In this document: positions 9,285-19,349 of the stretch, one piece after another
Numbering within the stretch: position 1 is the stretch's first letter
Layout: each line of letters opens with the position of its first letter
Sequence record: SRR31156797_2750
Reading direction: 5' to 3' (one strand)
DNA: 64,000 nucleotides
Notes under the pieces: model-generated
The model's input: only the letters and a program-made list of their open reading frames with translations
Databases searched by the model: none
Told to the model about the DNA's origin: nothing
Translations under genes and position numbers: made by a program

Positions 9285-11972
9285 ATGACTAAGAAACAAC
9301 CGAAACTCTCCGCGCCAACGGTTATTACCGCCCATGCCAATGCGGATTTTGATGCTTTGGCTGCTATGGTCGCTGCCAGTAAGCTTTATCCTGATGCCGT
9401 GCTTATTTTCCCGGGAAGTCAGGAAACAAATTTGCGTAATTTTTTCATTGAAAGCACAATTTATCTTTTTAATTTTAAGGCATTCAAGGATATTGATCCC
9501 GCATCGGTAGAACTGCTCGTGGTAGTCGATACCCGTCAACGCTCGCGCATTCCGCATGTTCGTCCTGTGCTGGATAATCCGAATTTACGTATTCATTTAT
9601 ATGATCATCATCCCGATAGCGATGAAGATTTGCCCGCTGAAAAAAGTGTGGTGAAGTTTTGGGGGGCAACCACTTCTATAATTGTTGATGAAATTCGGGA
9701 GCGAGGATTGACCTTGAATATGGAGGAAGCCACCCTTCTCGGCCTTGGCATCTATGAAGATACAGGGTCGTTTGCTTTCAACACTACCACGCCGCATGAT
9801 TTTAAGGCCGCGGGCTGGCTCAAGCAACAGGGCATGGATATTGAGGCTGTGTCTGAGCTTCTATCACGAGAATTGTCTGCGGCACAGGTTACCTATCTCG
9901 GAGAATTGCTCAAAAATGCAAAGACATATGACATTCATGGAGTGGATGTCATTATTACGGAAATTTCTACAGATAGGTTTGTCCCCGACTTTGCTTTGTT
10001 GGTCCACAAACTTATGGATATGGAAAAAATTAAGGTCGTTTTTGCTTTGGGCAGGATGGCTGATCGAATCCATGTTGTTTCTCGTTCACGGAATCCAGAC
10101 GTCAATGTCGGTCAAATTTGTTCGTCGCTTGGTGGCGGAGGACATGAGGCAGCCGCCTCGGCCACAGTCAAGGATAAGACGTTGGCAGAATTGCGTGATG
10201 ACCTGTTTGCATTGTTTTATTCTCAAATTAATCCTCAGATCGTGGTGGATGGGTTGATGTCTCGGCCACCGGTTGTCATTGAGGGTGACAAAACCATGGC
10301 CGACGCTGTGGAACTCATGACGCGCTATGGCCTCAAAGATGTGCCGGTTGTTTCTGCCAATACAATGAAATGTATTGGTATTATGGGGCATAAGACAGCT
10401 GATAAGGCGCTTTCTCATCATCTTGGTGATGTAGGCCTCAGTGAATATATGACCCGCAAGTTCGAGACTGTAGAAGTCAAGACGGATTTGTATCGCGTGA
10501 TGGAGATTATTTTGAGTAATCGTCAGCGAATGCTACCGGTTGTTGACGGAGAAGAACTTGTCGGCGTTATCACCCGTACTGATTTAATGAATATGCTTAT
10601 AGACGAGCCTGCGCGTATTCCAGATTCCTTGTTGCCGGATAGGCGTAGAGAGCGAAATATTGCCGCTCAAGTGAAAAATCGTCTTCCACAGAAGATGCTT
10701 ACTCTGTTGAAATGTGCTGGCGAACTTGGTCAGGAACTGGGGTGGGAAATTTACGCTGTTGGCGGTTTTGTTCGAGACATTCTTCTTGGAAGGCCGAATT
10801 TTGATCTTGATTTGGTCGTTGAAGGTGATGGGATTGAATTTGCGCGAAAATTTGCAAGCTTGTCAGGCGGTCGTGTCAAGGCACATTCCAAGTTCAAAAC
10901 CGCTGTCGTCATTCTTGATGACGGTCAACGTGTTGACGTAGCAACAGCCCGTCTGGAGTATTACGAATATCCTGCTGCCCTGCCAACGGTTGAGCTGTCA
11001 TCCATAAAAATGGATTTATATCGTCGAGATTTTACAGTGAATGCTTTGGCACTGCGGATTAACCCCGGTCGTTTTGGCCAACTTGTGGACTTTTTTGGTG
11101 CAGAACGAGATATCAGAAATCGAACTATTCGAGTTTTGCATTCATTGAGCTTCGTTGAAGATCCGACCCGTATCCTTCGGGCTATTCGATTTGAACGTCG
11201 TTTTGATTTTCAAATCGGCGGTCAGACCATGCGTCTCATTAAAAATGCTTTGAATCTTGAGCTGTTCAGCAAACTTTCCGGCACTCGCGTTATGCATGAA
11301 CTGCAATGGATCATGAATGAGGAAGATCCACTTGCCTGCTTTATAAGGATGCAGGAACTCGGAATAATGGCTGCAATTCACCCTCTCCTCAAGTTGACCA
11401 AGGACAGGGTTCAAATTTTAACTGAGTTGGGCAAAGTTCATAGTTGGTATAAGCTTTTGTATCTGGAGCCTGAAATTACGTCCTGGAAGCTCTATATCCT
11501 TGGCATGACTATGGGGATTAAGCGAGAAGATATCGGACAAGTGACTACTCGTTTGCACTTTACTCGAAAAGAAGAGCGAGATTTCAAGCAGTTGCGAGAT
11601 ATGATTGGTGATGCTCTCATGAAGCTTATGGGGTGGCGTGAAGGAAAATCCAAGTTGAGCCGTTTATACTCCATCCTGCACCCCATTCCGGTGGAGGGTA
11701 TTTTATTTCTCATGGCTCGGAGCCGGAAAGAACATATTCGCCGTAATATTTCTCAATATCTCGCTCGATTGCGTTATATTGAAATTGATGTCGACGGTAA
11801 GGATTTATTGAATTTAGGGATAGAACCGGGGCCGATTTATACCGTCATCCTTGATAGGCTGATGCGTGCAAAAATTGATGGCCGTGTAGAGACTCGCGAG
11901 GAACAGTTGGAGATGGCAATAAAAATTTTCAAAGATGACCTGGCTCAAAATGGAGATTCTACTGAAAACTAA
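9285..11972 (+). CDS. DHH/DHHA1-CBS-class II nucleotidyltransferase (A-adding-type tRNA nucleotidyltransferase)
   Basis: HANADFD and YDHH (DHH), GGGGH (DHHA1), CBS pair, VGGFVRD..DLD, RRDFTVNA, EDPTRILRAIRF. Confidence 0.85.
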   Translation: MTKKQPKLSAPTVITAHANADFDALAAMVAASKLYPDAVLIFPGSQETNLRNFFIESTIYLFNFKAFKDIDPASVELLVVVDTRQRSRIPHVRPVLDNPNLRIHLYDHHPDSDEDLPAEKSVVKFWGATTSIIVDEIRERGLTLNMEEATLLGLGIYEDTGSFAFNTTTPHDFKAAGWLKQQGMDIEAVSELLSRELSAAQVTYLGELLKNAKTYDIHGVDVIITEISTDRFVPDFALLVHKLMDMEKIKVVFALGRMADRIHVVSRSRNPDVNVGQICSSLGGGGHEAAASATVKDKTLAELRDDLFALFYSQINPQIVVDGLMSRPPVVIEGDKTMADAVELMTRYGLKDVPVVSANTMKCIGIMGHKTADKALSHHLGDVGLSEYMTRKFETVEVKTDLYRVMEIILSNRQRMLPVVDGEELVGVITRTDLMNMLIDEPARIPDSLLPDRRRERNIAAQVKNRLPQKMLTLLKCAGELGQELGWEIYAVGGFVRDILLGRPNFDLDLVVEGDGIEFARKFASLSGGRVKAHSKFKTAVVILDDGQRVDVATARLEYYEYPAALPTVELSSIKMDLYRRDFTVNALALRINPGRFGQLVDFFGAERDIRNRTIRVLHSLSFVEDPTRILRAIRFERRFDFQIGGQTMRLIKNALNLELFSKLSGTRVMHELQWIMNEEDPLACFIRMQELGIMAAIHPLLKLTKDRVQILTELGKVHSWYKLLYLEPEITSWKLYILGMTMGIKREDIGQVTTRLHFTRKEERDFKQLRDMIGDALMKLMGWREGKSKLSRLYSILHPIPVEGILFLMARSRKEHIRRNISQYLARLRYIEIDVDGKDLLNLGIEPGPIYTVILDRLMRAKIDGRVETREEQLEMAIKIFKDDLAQNGDSTEN

Positions 11973-12104
11973 TGTGTTTCGCGCTTGCCCTCTTGTGGTA
12001 AGCGGTGTAGAAAAATTTCAAATTTACGGTGTCTATGGTATGATGCCTCAATCTATGGTGTCAGGCTTTGATATATTCAGTCAGATGCAAGGGATAGATA
12101 TTAA

Positions 12105-12593
12105 ATGGAAGTTTTGTGGGCGCCTTGGCGTCTGAACTACATACTCGGCCCCAAGCCGGATGAATGTGTTTTCTGTATTCCGGAAGATTCGTCTGAAGAT
12201 GAAGAGCGATGTATCTTGGCAAGAGGAAAATACTGTTTTGTTATCATGAACAAATTTCCATATAATAATGGTCATCTCATGGTGACGCCGTATAGACATG
12301 TGAGTAATCTGACGGATTTGACACTTGATGAATCCAATGATTGCATGCTTTGGCTAAGGTATTGTACAACTATTTTAGAAAAAGCTTTCAATCCTCAAGG
12401 GATCAATATGGGACTCAATCTTGGGGAAGCAGCAGGTGCCGGGATTGCTCAGCATCTGCATTTTCAGATTGTCCCTCGTTGGAATGGAGACGCTTCATTC
12501 ATGGCCGTTTTTGGGGAGACAACAGTCATCCCGGAACACTTGAATTCAACTTACAGCACTCTCAAGCCGCTGTTCGATGAAATAACTGTTTAA
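12105..12593 (+). CDS. HIT family hydrolase (Ap4A phosphorylase-like)
   Basis: LWAPWR, CVFC, NKFPYNNGHLMV, HLHFQIVPRW. Confidence 0.85.
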   Translation: MEVLWAPWRLNYILGPKPDECVFCIPEDSSEDEERCILARGKYCFVIMNKFPYNNGHLMVTPYRHVSNLTDLTLDESNDCMLWLRYCTTILEKAFNPQGINMGLNLGEAAGAGIAQHLHFQIVPRWNGDASFMAVFGETTVIPEHLNSTYSTLKPLFDEITV

Positions 12594-12603
12594 GGAGATT
12601 TTC

Positions 12604-12960
12604 ATGCGTTTTATCAAAGTCCTGTTTTTGTTGGCTCTTTTTGTTTTTTCCATCCTTTTCTTCAGCCAGAATATTGAATCGCTGCAGCAGGAATTGACGC
12701 TGATTTTGGATGTCCCCTATATCGCCACGTTGCATTCTATTCCTCTGCCCTTCAGCGTTTTGATTTTGGCTGCATTCGTTGCCGGCTCACTGTTGACCAT
12801 GATTTATTTCATCGTTGACAAGTTCCGTGCCTGCTCCAAACTCAAGGAATGTCGTACTCGTATGGCTAGCCTCGAACAGGAACTCAACTCTTTGCGTAAT
12901 TTGCCTATCAGTGAAGAACCCTACACTGAGACCAAGGAAAACGAAGAAGAGAACGCATAA
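12604..12960 (+). CDS. lapA: LapA family lipopolysaccharide assembly protein
   Basis: Two TM segments with FFSQN motif, C-terminal coiled coil ending LNSLRNLPI; upstream of the LapB-like gene. Confidence 0.7.
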   Translation: MRFIKVLFLLALFVFSILFFSQNIESLQQELTLILDVPYIATLHSIPLPFSVLILAAFVAGSLLTMIYFIVDKFRACSKLKECRTRMASLEQELNSLRNLPISEEPYTETKENEEENA

Positions 12961-12968
12961 GGATTTAT

Positions 12969-14120
12969 ATGGTTTGGCAATTTTTCAATCGTAAGAAGGC
13001 ATCTACCTTCGACGAGAATGTCAAGGCTGCTCGTGAAGCTGGTGGTGGAATTTCTCTCCCCGTTCAGGATACCCGTGCGGCTATTGAGGAGCTCAGCCAG
13101 GTCGTCAAAAACGATCCGGAAGCGGTTGAAATTTATCTTGCTCTCGGTAGTTTATATCGTTCGCAGGGCGAGATAGAGCGTGCCATTCAAATTCGAAACA
13201 GTCTTATAGTCAGACCTGGCCTTGATCGAGAGTTCAAGGCCAGGGCCTGGTTTGAATTGGGTCGCGATTTTAGACGGGCAGGTTTTCTTGATCGTGCAGA
13301 TAAAGCTTTTTTGGAAGCTCGTTCACTTGGTCAGGATCCGTCCGCCATCCATCAGGAAATGGCTCGTTTGGCTGCAGAACGCGGTGATTTTGAAAAAGCT
13401 GCCGAATCCTACGGACAGCTGAATCTTCCTTTGCCCCAAGCTCATTATCTTGTTCGCCTTGCTCTCGATCGTTTTTCCGAAGGAAATAATTCTCAGGCGC
13501 ATAGAGCGTTGCGGCATGCCATTCGTGCTTACCCTGGAGCTGTTGAAGCGTGGCTTGAGCAGATTGTACAGGCGTATCGGACGGGTAATGCGGGTAAGGT
13601 TGCTGATATTCTTGGACAAGCCCTTGAGCATGTCGCGCCCGATTTGCGTTTTGTGCTCTTTGAAGGTCTGTTTCTTGCCGTTAACCGTGCTGAAATAGCA
13701 AAACAAAATTCTTTTGGCGAAGAAAATGAATGGTCAAGTGTCTGCAACGATGAAAAGTTGGTCAATGACATATTGCCAATTATTGAGAAACAAGACCCTG
13801 ATGTTCTCTTGCTCTATTATGGAGCCATGTTTCTGCTTCGTATTGAAGATCAGGAAAATGCACAGTCCTGGCTTGAAAAGGCATTGATGCTTCAATCTGA
13901 TTTTTGGATGGCTCGACTTGAGCTTTTCGAATTGTCTCGCATTGATCAGACATTAACGCCTTTTTACAAGGAACAACTTTCATTTTTTACAGGTCGAGCT
14001 CGTAAGGTTCGTCGTTTTTATTGTCGTCGCTGCGGCTTGAAGCGGGACCAACTGTTTTACAACTGCCCCCGTTGCCGAAGCTGGCATTCCATTGCTTTCC
14101 GCACGGATATTTCCGAATAA
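12969..14120 (+). CDS. lapB: LapB-like TPR protein with C-terminal rubredoxin-like domain
   Basis: ALGSLYRSQGEIERAIQIR, LGRDFRRAGFLDRA, CRRCG...CPRCRSW. Confidence 0.75.
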   Translation: MVWQFFNRKKASTFDENVKAAREAGGGISLPVQDTRAAIEELSQVVKNDPEAVEIYLALGSLYRSQGEIERAIQIRNSLIVRPGLDREFKARAWFELGRDFRRAGFLDRADKAFLEARSLGQDPSAIHQEMARLAAERGDFEKAAESYGQLNLPLPQAHYLVRLALDRFSEGNNSQAHRALRHAIRAYPGAVEAWLEQIVQAYRTGNAGKVADILGQALEHVAPDLRFVLFEGLFLAVNRAEIAKQNSFGEENEWSSVCNDEKLVNDILPIIEKQDPDVLLLYYGAMFLLRIEDQENAQSWLEKALMLQSDFWMARLELFELSRIDQTLTPFYKEQLSFFTGRARKVRRFYCRRCGLKRDQLFYNCPRCRSWHSIAFRTDISE

Positions 14121-14141
14121 ATCCAACATCTCAGGTTTCAC

Positions 14142-16772
14142 GTGGCTAAGAAAAAACTGACGCCTATGCTTGAGCAGTACCTCCGTTTCAAGGAGGAAAA
14201 TCCAGGCTGCCTTCTTTTCTTTCGTATGGGCGACTTTTATGAGTTGTTCTTCGAAGATGCTGAGATTGTAGCCAGAGCTGTTCAAATTGCTCTGACCAGT
14301 CGTAATCCAAATGACGAAAATCCTATTCCCATGTGTGGTATGCCCCATCATTCAGTGGAACCATACCTGAGCCAATTGCTTGACAAGGGATACAAGATTG
14401 CCATCTGTGATCAAGTGGAAGATCCCAAAGAAGCCAAGGGCTTGGTCAAACGGGATGTGACTCGAGTGCTCACGCCCGGTACGGTTGTCGAGGACTCGAA
14501 TCTCAAATCGAAAGCCAATAATTATCTTGGTTCATTGTTTTGGGATGAGACAAAGGATGCAGGCGGTATTGCTTGGCTTGATTTTTCTACTGGTCAATGG
14601 GCTGGACTTCATAGCCGTCGAGAGGTCGAACTTTGGCAATGGATGATGAAGATTAGCCCGAGCGAGTTGCTTCTTCCTCAAGGCAAAAAGATACCTCCTC
14701 AATATAATGAATTGAGTGCACAGGTAACCAGTGTTGCACCAGCGGGCTATTTTGATTTGATAGCCTCTAAGAATCGTGTTTTGGAAATGCAGGCTGTTGC
14801 AGATCTCGAGAGCCTCGGGTTAAGCGGCAAGAATGAATTGACTCGTGCCTGTGGCGCCCTTTTGACCTATCTTGAACAGACTCAAAAAGGTGACTTTGGG
14901 CATTTGGGTGAATTCAAACCGTTAAATTTGAGTAAACATCTGCTTTTGGATGAGATTACCGAACGAAATCTTGAAATTTTCAGGCGTCTTGATGGGAAAA
15001 CCGGACTTGGTACCTTATGGCATGTTCTTGATCGGACAAAGACCCCTATGGGGGGGCGTCTACTCGAAGCTCGTTTGCGTCAGCCTTGGCGACAACTTTC
15101 GCCCATTGACAAGAACCTTGATTGTGTCACGTTTTTCTTTAATCAGGATCAATTACGTTCAGATATTCGGCATGCGCTGGATTCAGTCTATGACCTAGAG
15201 CGTCTTTCCACTCGTATTTTCTTGGGGCGTGCTAATCCTAAAGATTTCATTGCCTTGCGGAAAAGCCTTTCAATGCTGCCCGTGCTTCATGCATGCCTGA
15301 AAAAACAGGAACTTGAAGTCGCTCCTGAATTGCGCAAAGTGTATCGCAAATGGGATGGCATGGATGATCTAACCGCCCTACTTGAATCAGCCCTTGTGGA
15401 CAGCCCTCCTCCTGTGATTACGGACGGTGGATTGTTCAAGAAAGGATATGATTCAGTTTTGGATGAGTTTATCGAGTTGAACGAACACGGCGAAGATAAG
15501 CTTAAGCAATTACACGAAAAAGAATTGTCTGCCCATGATATCCCTAAGCTCAAACTTGGGTTTAACAAGGTCTTTGGCTATTACTTCGAAGTTTCCAAGG
15601 CGTACAAAGGACAGGTGCCGGAACATTTCATTCGTCGTCAGACTTTGGTCAACAGCGAACGGTATATTACCCCTGAGCTCAAGGAAATGGAGGATCGGAT
15701 TATTTCGGCCTCTGATGAACGTAAAAGCCTTGAGTACAAGTTGTTTCAGGATTTGCGTGAGCGTCTTGCTCAAGCTAGGGACCGTTTTTTGTTCATGGCT
15801 GATATCGTCGCTGCATTGGATTATTGGCAGGGACTTGCTGAAGCTGCCCGAGTCAATGAATGGAACCGCCCCCTTCTTCATGATGGTATGGAAATTGAAA
15901 TTGAAGCAGGACGTCACCCTGTGGTGGAAGAAGCTATGGGAGCTTCCAATTATATCCCCGGTGACTTGCGGATGGATAAAGATCGACGCATTTTGCTTAT
16001 TACCGGTCCAAATATGGCTGGTAAATCTACGGTATTGAGACAGGTGGCTATTTTGACCATTATGGCTCAGATTGGCTCGTTTGTTCCAGCCAAATCCGCA
16101 CGACTCGGATTGGCGGATCGTGTTTTTTCTCGTGTAGGAGCTTCGGATAATTTGGCACAAGGACATTCCACTTTTATGGTGGAAATGACTGAAACTGCAC
16201 GTATTCTTCGGCAGGCTACCAAGCGAAGTCTGGTCATTTTGGATGAAATCGGTCGTGGGACCAGTACCTATGACGGACTTTCACTTGCGTGGGCTGTGGT
16301 CGAAGAGCTTTCTTCCCGCGCTAGTGGTGGGATTCGTACCCTGTTCGCCACCCACTACCATGAATTGACAGCCCTTGAAGGCAAGGTTGAAGGGTTGCGT
16401 AACCTCAATATCGCAGTCAAGGAATGGAAAGGTGACATCGTCTTTTTGCGCCGGCTGGTGCCCGGTCCTGCTGATAGAAGTTATGGTATTGAAGTGGCTC
16501 GACTGGCTGGCGTGCCTCGTGGCATAGTGGAACGCGCGCGAGAAATCCTTGCGAAGCTCGAAGAAAAGTCGCAGGATAACCAATCCAAAGGGGCTGTTGA
16601 GCGAGCATCACAGACTTTATTGCCCGGATTTGGTGCTCCTCCCATAGAAATTTCGGGAGAATTGGTCGAACATCCGATCATCACTCAACTCGTTGACCTT
16701 GATGTGGATGGCATGACCCCCATTCAGGCTTTGATGTTGCTTAATCAATGGAAGGACATGATCAAGGAATAG
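14142..16772 (+). CDS. mutS: DNA mismatch repair protein MutS
   Basis: TPMLEQY, RMGDFYELF, TGPNMAGKST, STFMVEM, DEIGRGTS, ATHYHEL, SYGIEVA. GTG start. Confidence 0.97.
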   Translation: MAKKKLTPMLEQYLRFKEENPGCLLFFRMGDFYELFFEDAEIVARAVQIALTSRNPNDENPIPMCGMPHHSVEPYLSQLLDKGYKIAICDQVEDPKEAKGLVKRDVTRVLTPGTVVEDSNLKSKANNYLGSLFWDETKDAGGIAWLDFSTGQWAGLHSRREVELWQWMMKISPSELLLPQGKKIPPQYNELSAQVTSVAPAGYFDLIASKNRVLEMQAVADLESLGLSGKNELTRACGALLTYLEQTQKGDFGHLGEFKPLNLSKHLLLDEITERNLEIFRRLDGKTGLGTLWHVLDRTKTPMGGRLLEARLRQPWRQLSPIDKNLDCVTFFFNQDQLRSDIRHALDSVYDLERLSTRIFLGRANPKDFIALRKSLSMLPVLHACLKKQELEVAPELRKVYRKWDGMDDLTALLESALVDSPPPVITDGGLFKKGYDSVLDEFIELNEHGEDKLKQLHEKELSAHDIPKLKLGFNKVFGYYFEVSKAYKGQVPEHFIRRQTLVNSERYITPELKEMEDRIISASDERKSLEYKLFQDLRERLAQARDRFLFMADIVAALDYWQGLAEAARVNEWNRPLLHDGMEIEIEAGRHPVVEEAMGASNYIPGDLRMDKDRRILLITGPNMAGKSTVLRQVAILTIMAQIGSFVPAKSARLGLADRVFSRVGASDNLAQGHSTFMVEMTETARILRQATKRSLVILDEIGRGTSTYDGLSLAWAVVEELSSRASGGIRTLFATHYHELTALEGKVEGLRNLNIAVKEWKGDIVFLRRLVPGPADRSYGIEVARLAGVPRGIVERAREILAKLEEKSQDNQSKGAVERASQTLLPGFGAPPIEISGELVEHPIITQLVDLDVDGMTPIQALMLLNQWKDMIKE

Positions 16773-16777
16773 GATTT

Positions 16778-17224
16778 ATGCGTAAACAGATTGTCCGTGC
16801 CACCCTACTTATTCTTGTGTTTGTATTCCTGTCCGGCTGTGCCCTTGGTCGCAAGGAATGGCCTACGTCTGTAAACAGTGAAGATACTTTTAAATTGAAA
16901 CTTATGGAAGGCGTCCGACAGGACGGCTGCCTTCTGTTACAGGTCGCTGTAACTGGAGCTTCCAATCGTCTTTGGCGTGCGAGTGTCCAATATGAAGCTG
17001 TTGGTACTGAGGAAGGGCAAGGCTGTGAAGGTTGTCCCTTTGTTCCCAGAAACGCAGTTCATTTTACCCGTGATCAAAAAGGTTTTAATATGGCAGGTAA
17101 CACACTTCAGTTGAGCATTTGCGGCCTTGAACCCGGAATAGATTATCGATTCCGAGTGGCCGGTAAAAGTGAGTTGTCTACCATGTCCATAGAATACACC
17201 GATGTCTTTGAAGCTTTACCGTAG
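16778..17224 (+). CDS. Lipoprotein with CxxC motif
   Basis: Lipobox FLSGC, GCEGCPF, and a beta-rich C-terminus (GLEPGIDYRFRV, Fn3-like). Confidence 0.7.
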   Translation: MRKQIVRATLLILVFVFLSGCALGRKEWPTSVNSEDTFKLKLMEGVRQDGCLLLQVAVTGASNRLWRASVQYEAVGTEEGQGCEGCPFVPRNAVHFTRDQKGFNMAGNTLQLSICGLEPGIDYRFRVAGKSELSTMSIEYTDVFEALP

Positions 17225-17318
17225 CTCTGATTTTGTTTGATATGAGAAAAGTATTGGATGATACAGAAAGATACAGCGTAGATATTCATCACATCACTTT
17301 TTAGGAGATAGAATACAT

Positions 17319-18557
17319 ATGCATCATTTCGAATACCGAGACGGAGTTCTGTCCGCTGAAGAAGTCAGCGTCACTGCTCTTGCAGAAGAATACGGCACTC
17401 CGCTGTACATTTATTCAGCCGCGACCCTCAGGCGTCACTTTAAGGCTTTTGATTCTGCTTTTGATGAGTTGGATCATTTGACCTGTTATTCTGTCAAAGC
17501 CAATTCAAATTTGGCGGTTCTTAAATTGTTGGCTGCTGAAGGCGCTGGCATGGATATCGTTTCTGGCGGAGAATTGTATCGTGCGCTTAAAGCCGGTGTC
17601 GCTCCTGAAAAAATAGTTTATTCCGGTGTGGGTAAACGTGATTCCGAAATTCGTGAAGCCCTTGATGCTGGAATTTTGATGTTCAATGTGGAATCCATCG
17701 CAGAACTCAAAAGAATTAACGCAGTTGCCAGTGATATGGGCATGACGGCCAAGGTGAGTTTCAGGATTAACCCGGATGTTGATCCGCAGACCCATCCGTA
17801 TATTTCGACGGGTATGCAGGAAAACAAATTTGGATTGGATATTGAAAATTCGTTAGCGGCCTATAAACTGGCTTCCGAGTTGGAAAATGTTGAACCTGTG
17901 GGCATGGATTGTCACATTGGTTCCCAGCTTACTAAAATTGATCCATTCCTTGAAGCTTTAGACAAGCTTTTGGCTTTTAATGAGACGTTAAAAGGACTTG
18001 GTATTACTATTAAATATCTTGATCTTGGTGGTGGACTCGGTATCTCCTATGAAGAGGAAGAACCTCCCCACCCTTCTGAATTCGGTAAAGCTTTGAGCGC
18101 AAAACTAAAAGGTTTGCCGTTGAAGGTTATTTTTGAACCCGGGCGTGTCATTGCAGGCAATGCCGGTATCATGGTGACTCAGGTGGTTTATACCAAGTCC
18201 AATCCCACAAAAAACTTTTTGATTGTGGATGGCGCCATGAATGATTTGATTCGGCCGAGCCTGTACGGTTCCTATCATCGTATTGGTGAGGTGGAGCTTA
18301 AAGGTCGTCAGCACAAGCATTTTGATGTTGTTGGTCCCATTTGTGAGTCCGGTGATTTTCTGGCTCGTAATCGTGAGTTGCCGACAGTTGAACAAGGAGA
18401 ACGTTTGGTCGTTTATTCAGCCGGGGCTTACGGTTTTACCATGGCCTCGAATTATAACACCCGTCCCCGTGCCTGCGAGTTGTTGGTAGATGGCAGCACC
18501 GTAACGGTTGCCCGAAAACGGGAAACATACGAAGATCTTATTGCAAATGAACTCTAG
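17319..18557 (+). CDS. lysA: Diaminopimelate decarboxylase
   Basis: YSVKANSN, DIVSGGEL, HIGSQ, DLGGGLG, EPGR, GPICESGD, GAYGFTMASNYN. Confidence 0.97.
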   Translation: MHHFEYRDGVLSAEEVSVTALAEEYGTPLYIYSAATLRRHFKAFDSAFDELDHLTCYSVKANSNLAVLKLLAAEGAGMDIVSGGELYRALKAGVAPEKIVYSGVGKRDSEIREALDAGILMFNVESIAELKRINAVASDMGMTAKVSFRINPDVDPQTHPYISTGMQENKFGLDIENSLAAYKLASELENVEPVGMDCHIGSQLTKIDPFLEALDKLLAFNETLKGLGITIKYLDLGGGLGISYEEEEPPHPSEFGKALSAKLKGLPLKVIFEPGRVIAGNAGIMVTQVVYTKSNPTKNFLIVDGAMNDLIRPSLYGSYHRIGEVELKGRQHKHFDVVGPICESGDFLARNRELPTVEQGERLVVYSAGAYGFTMASNYNTRPRACELLVDGSTVTVARKRETYEDLIANEL

Positions 18558-18559
18558 TC

Positions 18560-18592
18560 AAAAGGCCGGGAGTTCGCTCCCGGCCTTTTTTA
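18560..18592 (+). terminator. Rho-independent terminator after lysA
   Basis: aaaaggccgggag TTCG ctcccggcctttttt. Confidence 0.85.
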
Positions 18593-18608
18593 TTTTCAGG
18601 ATATAATC

Positions 18609-19349
18609 ATGCCAAGACTTAATTCCTTTTACCTTTCGCCGGAGTTGTGGCCTTCAAAAATCGGAGAGCATGTTGCGTTGGAGGGGCAGGAAGTGCGTCA
18701 TATGGGAACAGTTCTTAGAACTGAGCCGGATCAAACGGTCAGACTTTTTGATGGACAAGGACATGACGGGCTTTTTTCTGTTCGCGATATTAAAAAACGT
18801 GGAGCTTTGCTTGAGGCTATTCAGCTGGAGAATCATTCCCGCCCAGTTCACGGAATAACATTGGCTATCGGTTGGGGAAAATCCAAGCGAAGAAATTATC
18901 TTTTAGAAAAGATAGTTGAACTTAAAGGATTTGGGGTTGTTTTTTGGCAAGCCATACGGAGTCAGGGAGTTGTCCCTACCCATCCCAAGGATTCTTGGAC
19001 AGACAAAAATATTCAGGCAGCCAAACAATGCGGGGCATATTTTCTTCCTGAGTTGCAAACATTGCCCGGTGGCGTTGACTCGTTGATCTCCATGGCAGAA
19101 GAATATGACAATCGAATTGTTGCGTGGGAATCCGATGATATTACGACGCTTTTGTCACCTGCCATGCTTGCAAATGGGCATACACTTGTTGTCATAGGGC
19201 CGGAAGGCGGTTTCGAAGATCGCGAAGCCCGAAAATTGGTGGAAGCTGACTTTGTCCCTGTTACTTTTGGAGATTCCATTTTGCGTTGGGAAACGGCTGC
19301 TGCCTATTGTCTTAGTCTAGCCATGTTTGGTACACGGGAAGCGTCATGA
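18609..19349 (+). CDS. rsmE: 16S rRNA m3U1498 methyltransferase
   Basis: RHMGTVLR, AAKQCG, VIGPEGGF, ILRWETAA. Confidence 0.9.
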   Translation: MPRLNSFYLSPELWPSKIGEHVALEGQEVRHMGTVLRTEPDQTVRLFDGQGHDGLFSVRDIKKRGALLEAIQLENHSRPVHGITLAIGWGKSKRRNYLLEKIVELKGFGVVFWQAIRSQGVVPTHPKDSWTDKNIQAAKQCGAYFLPELQTLPGGVDSLISMAEEYDNRIVAWESDDITTLLSPAMLANGHTLVVIGPEGGFEDREARKLVEADFVPVTFGDSILRWETAAAYCLSLAMFGTREAS

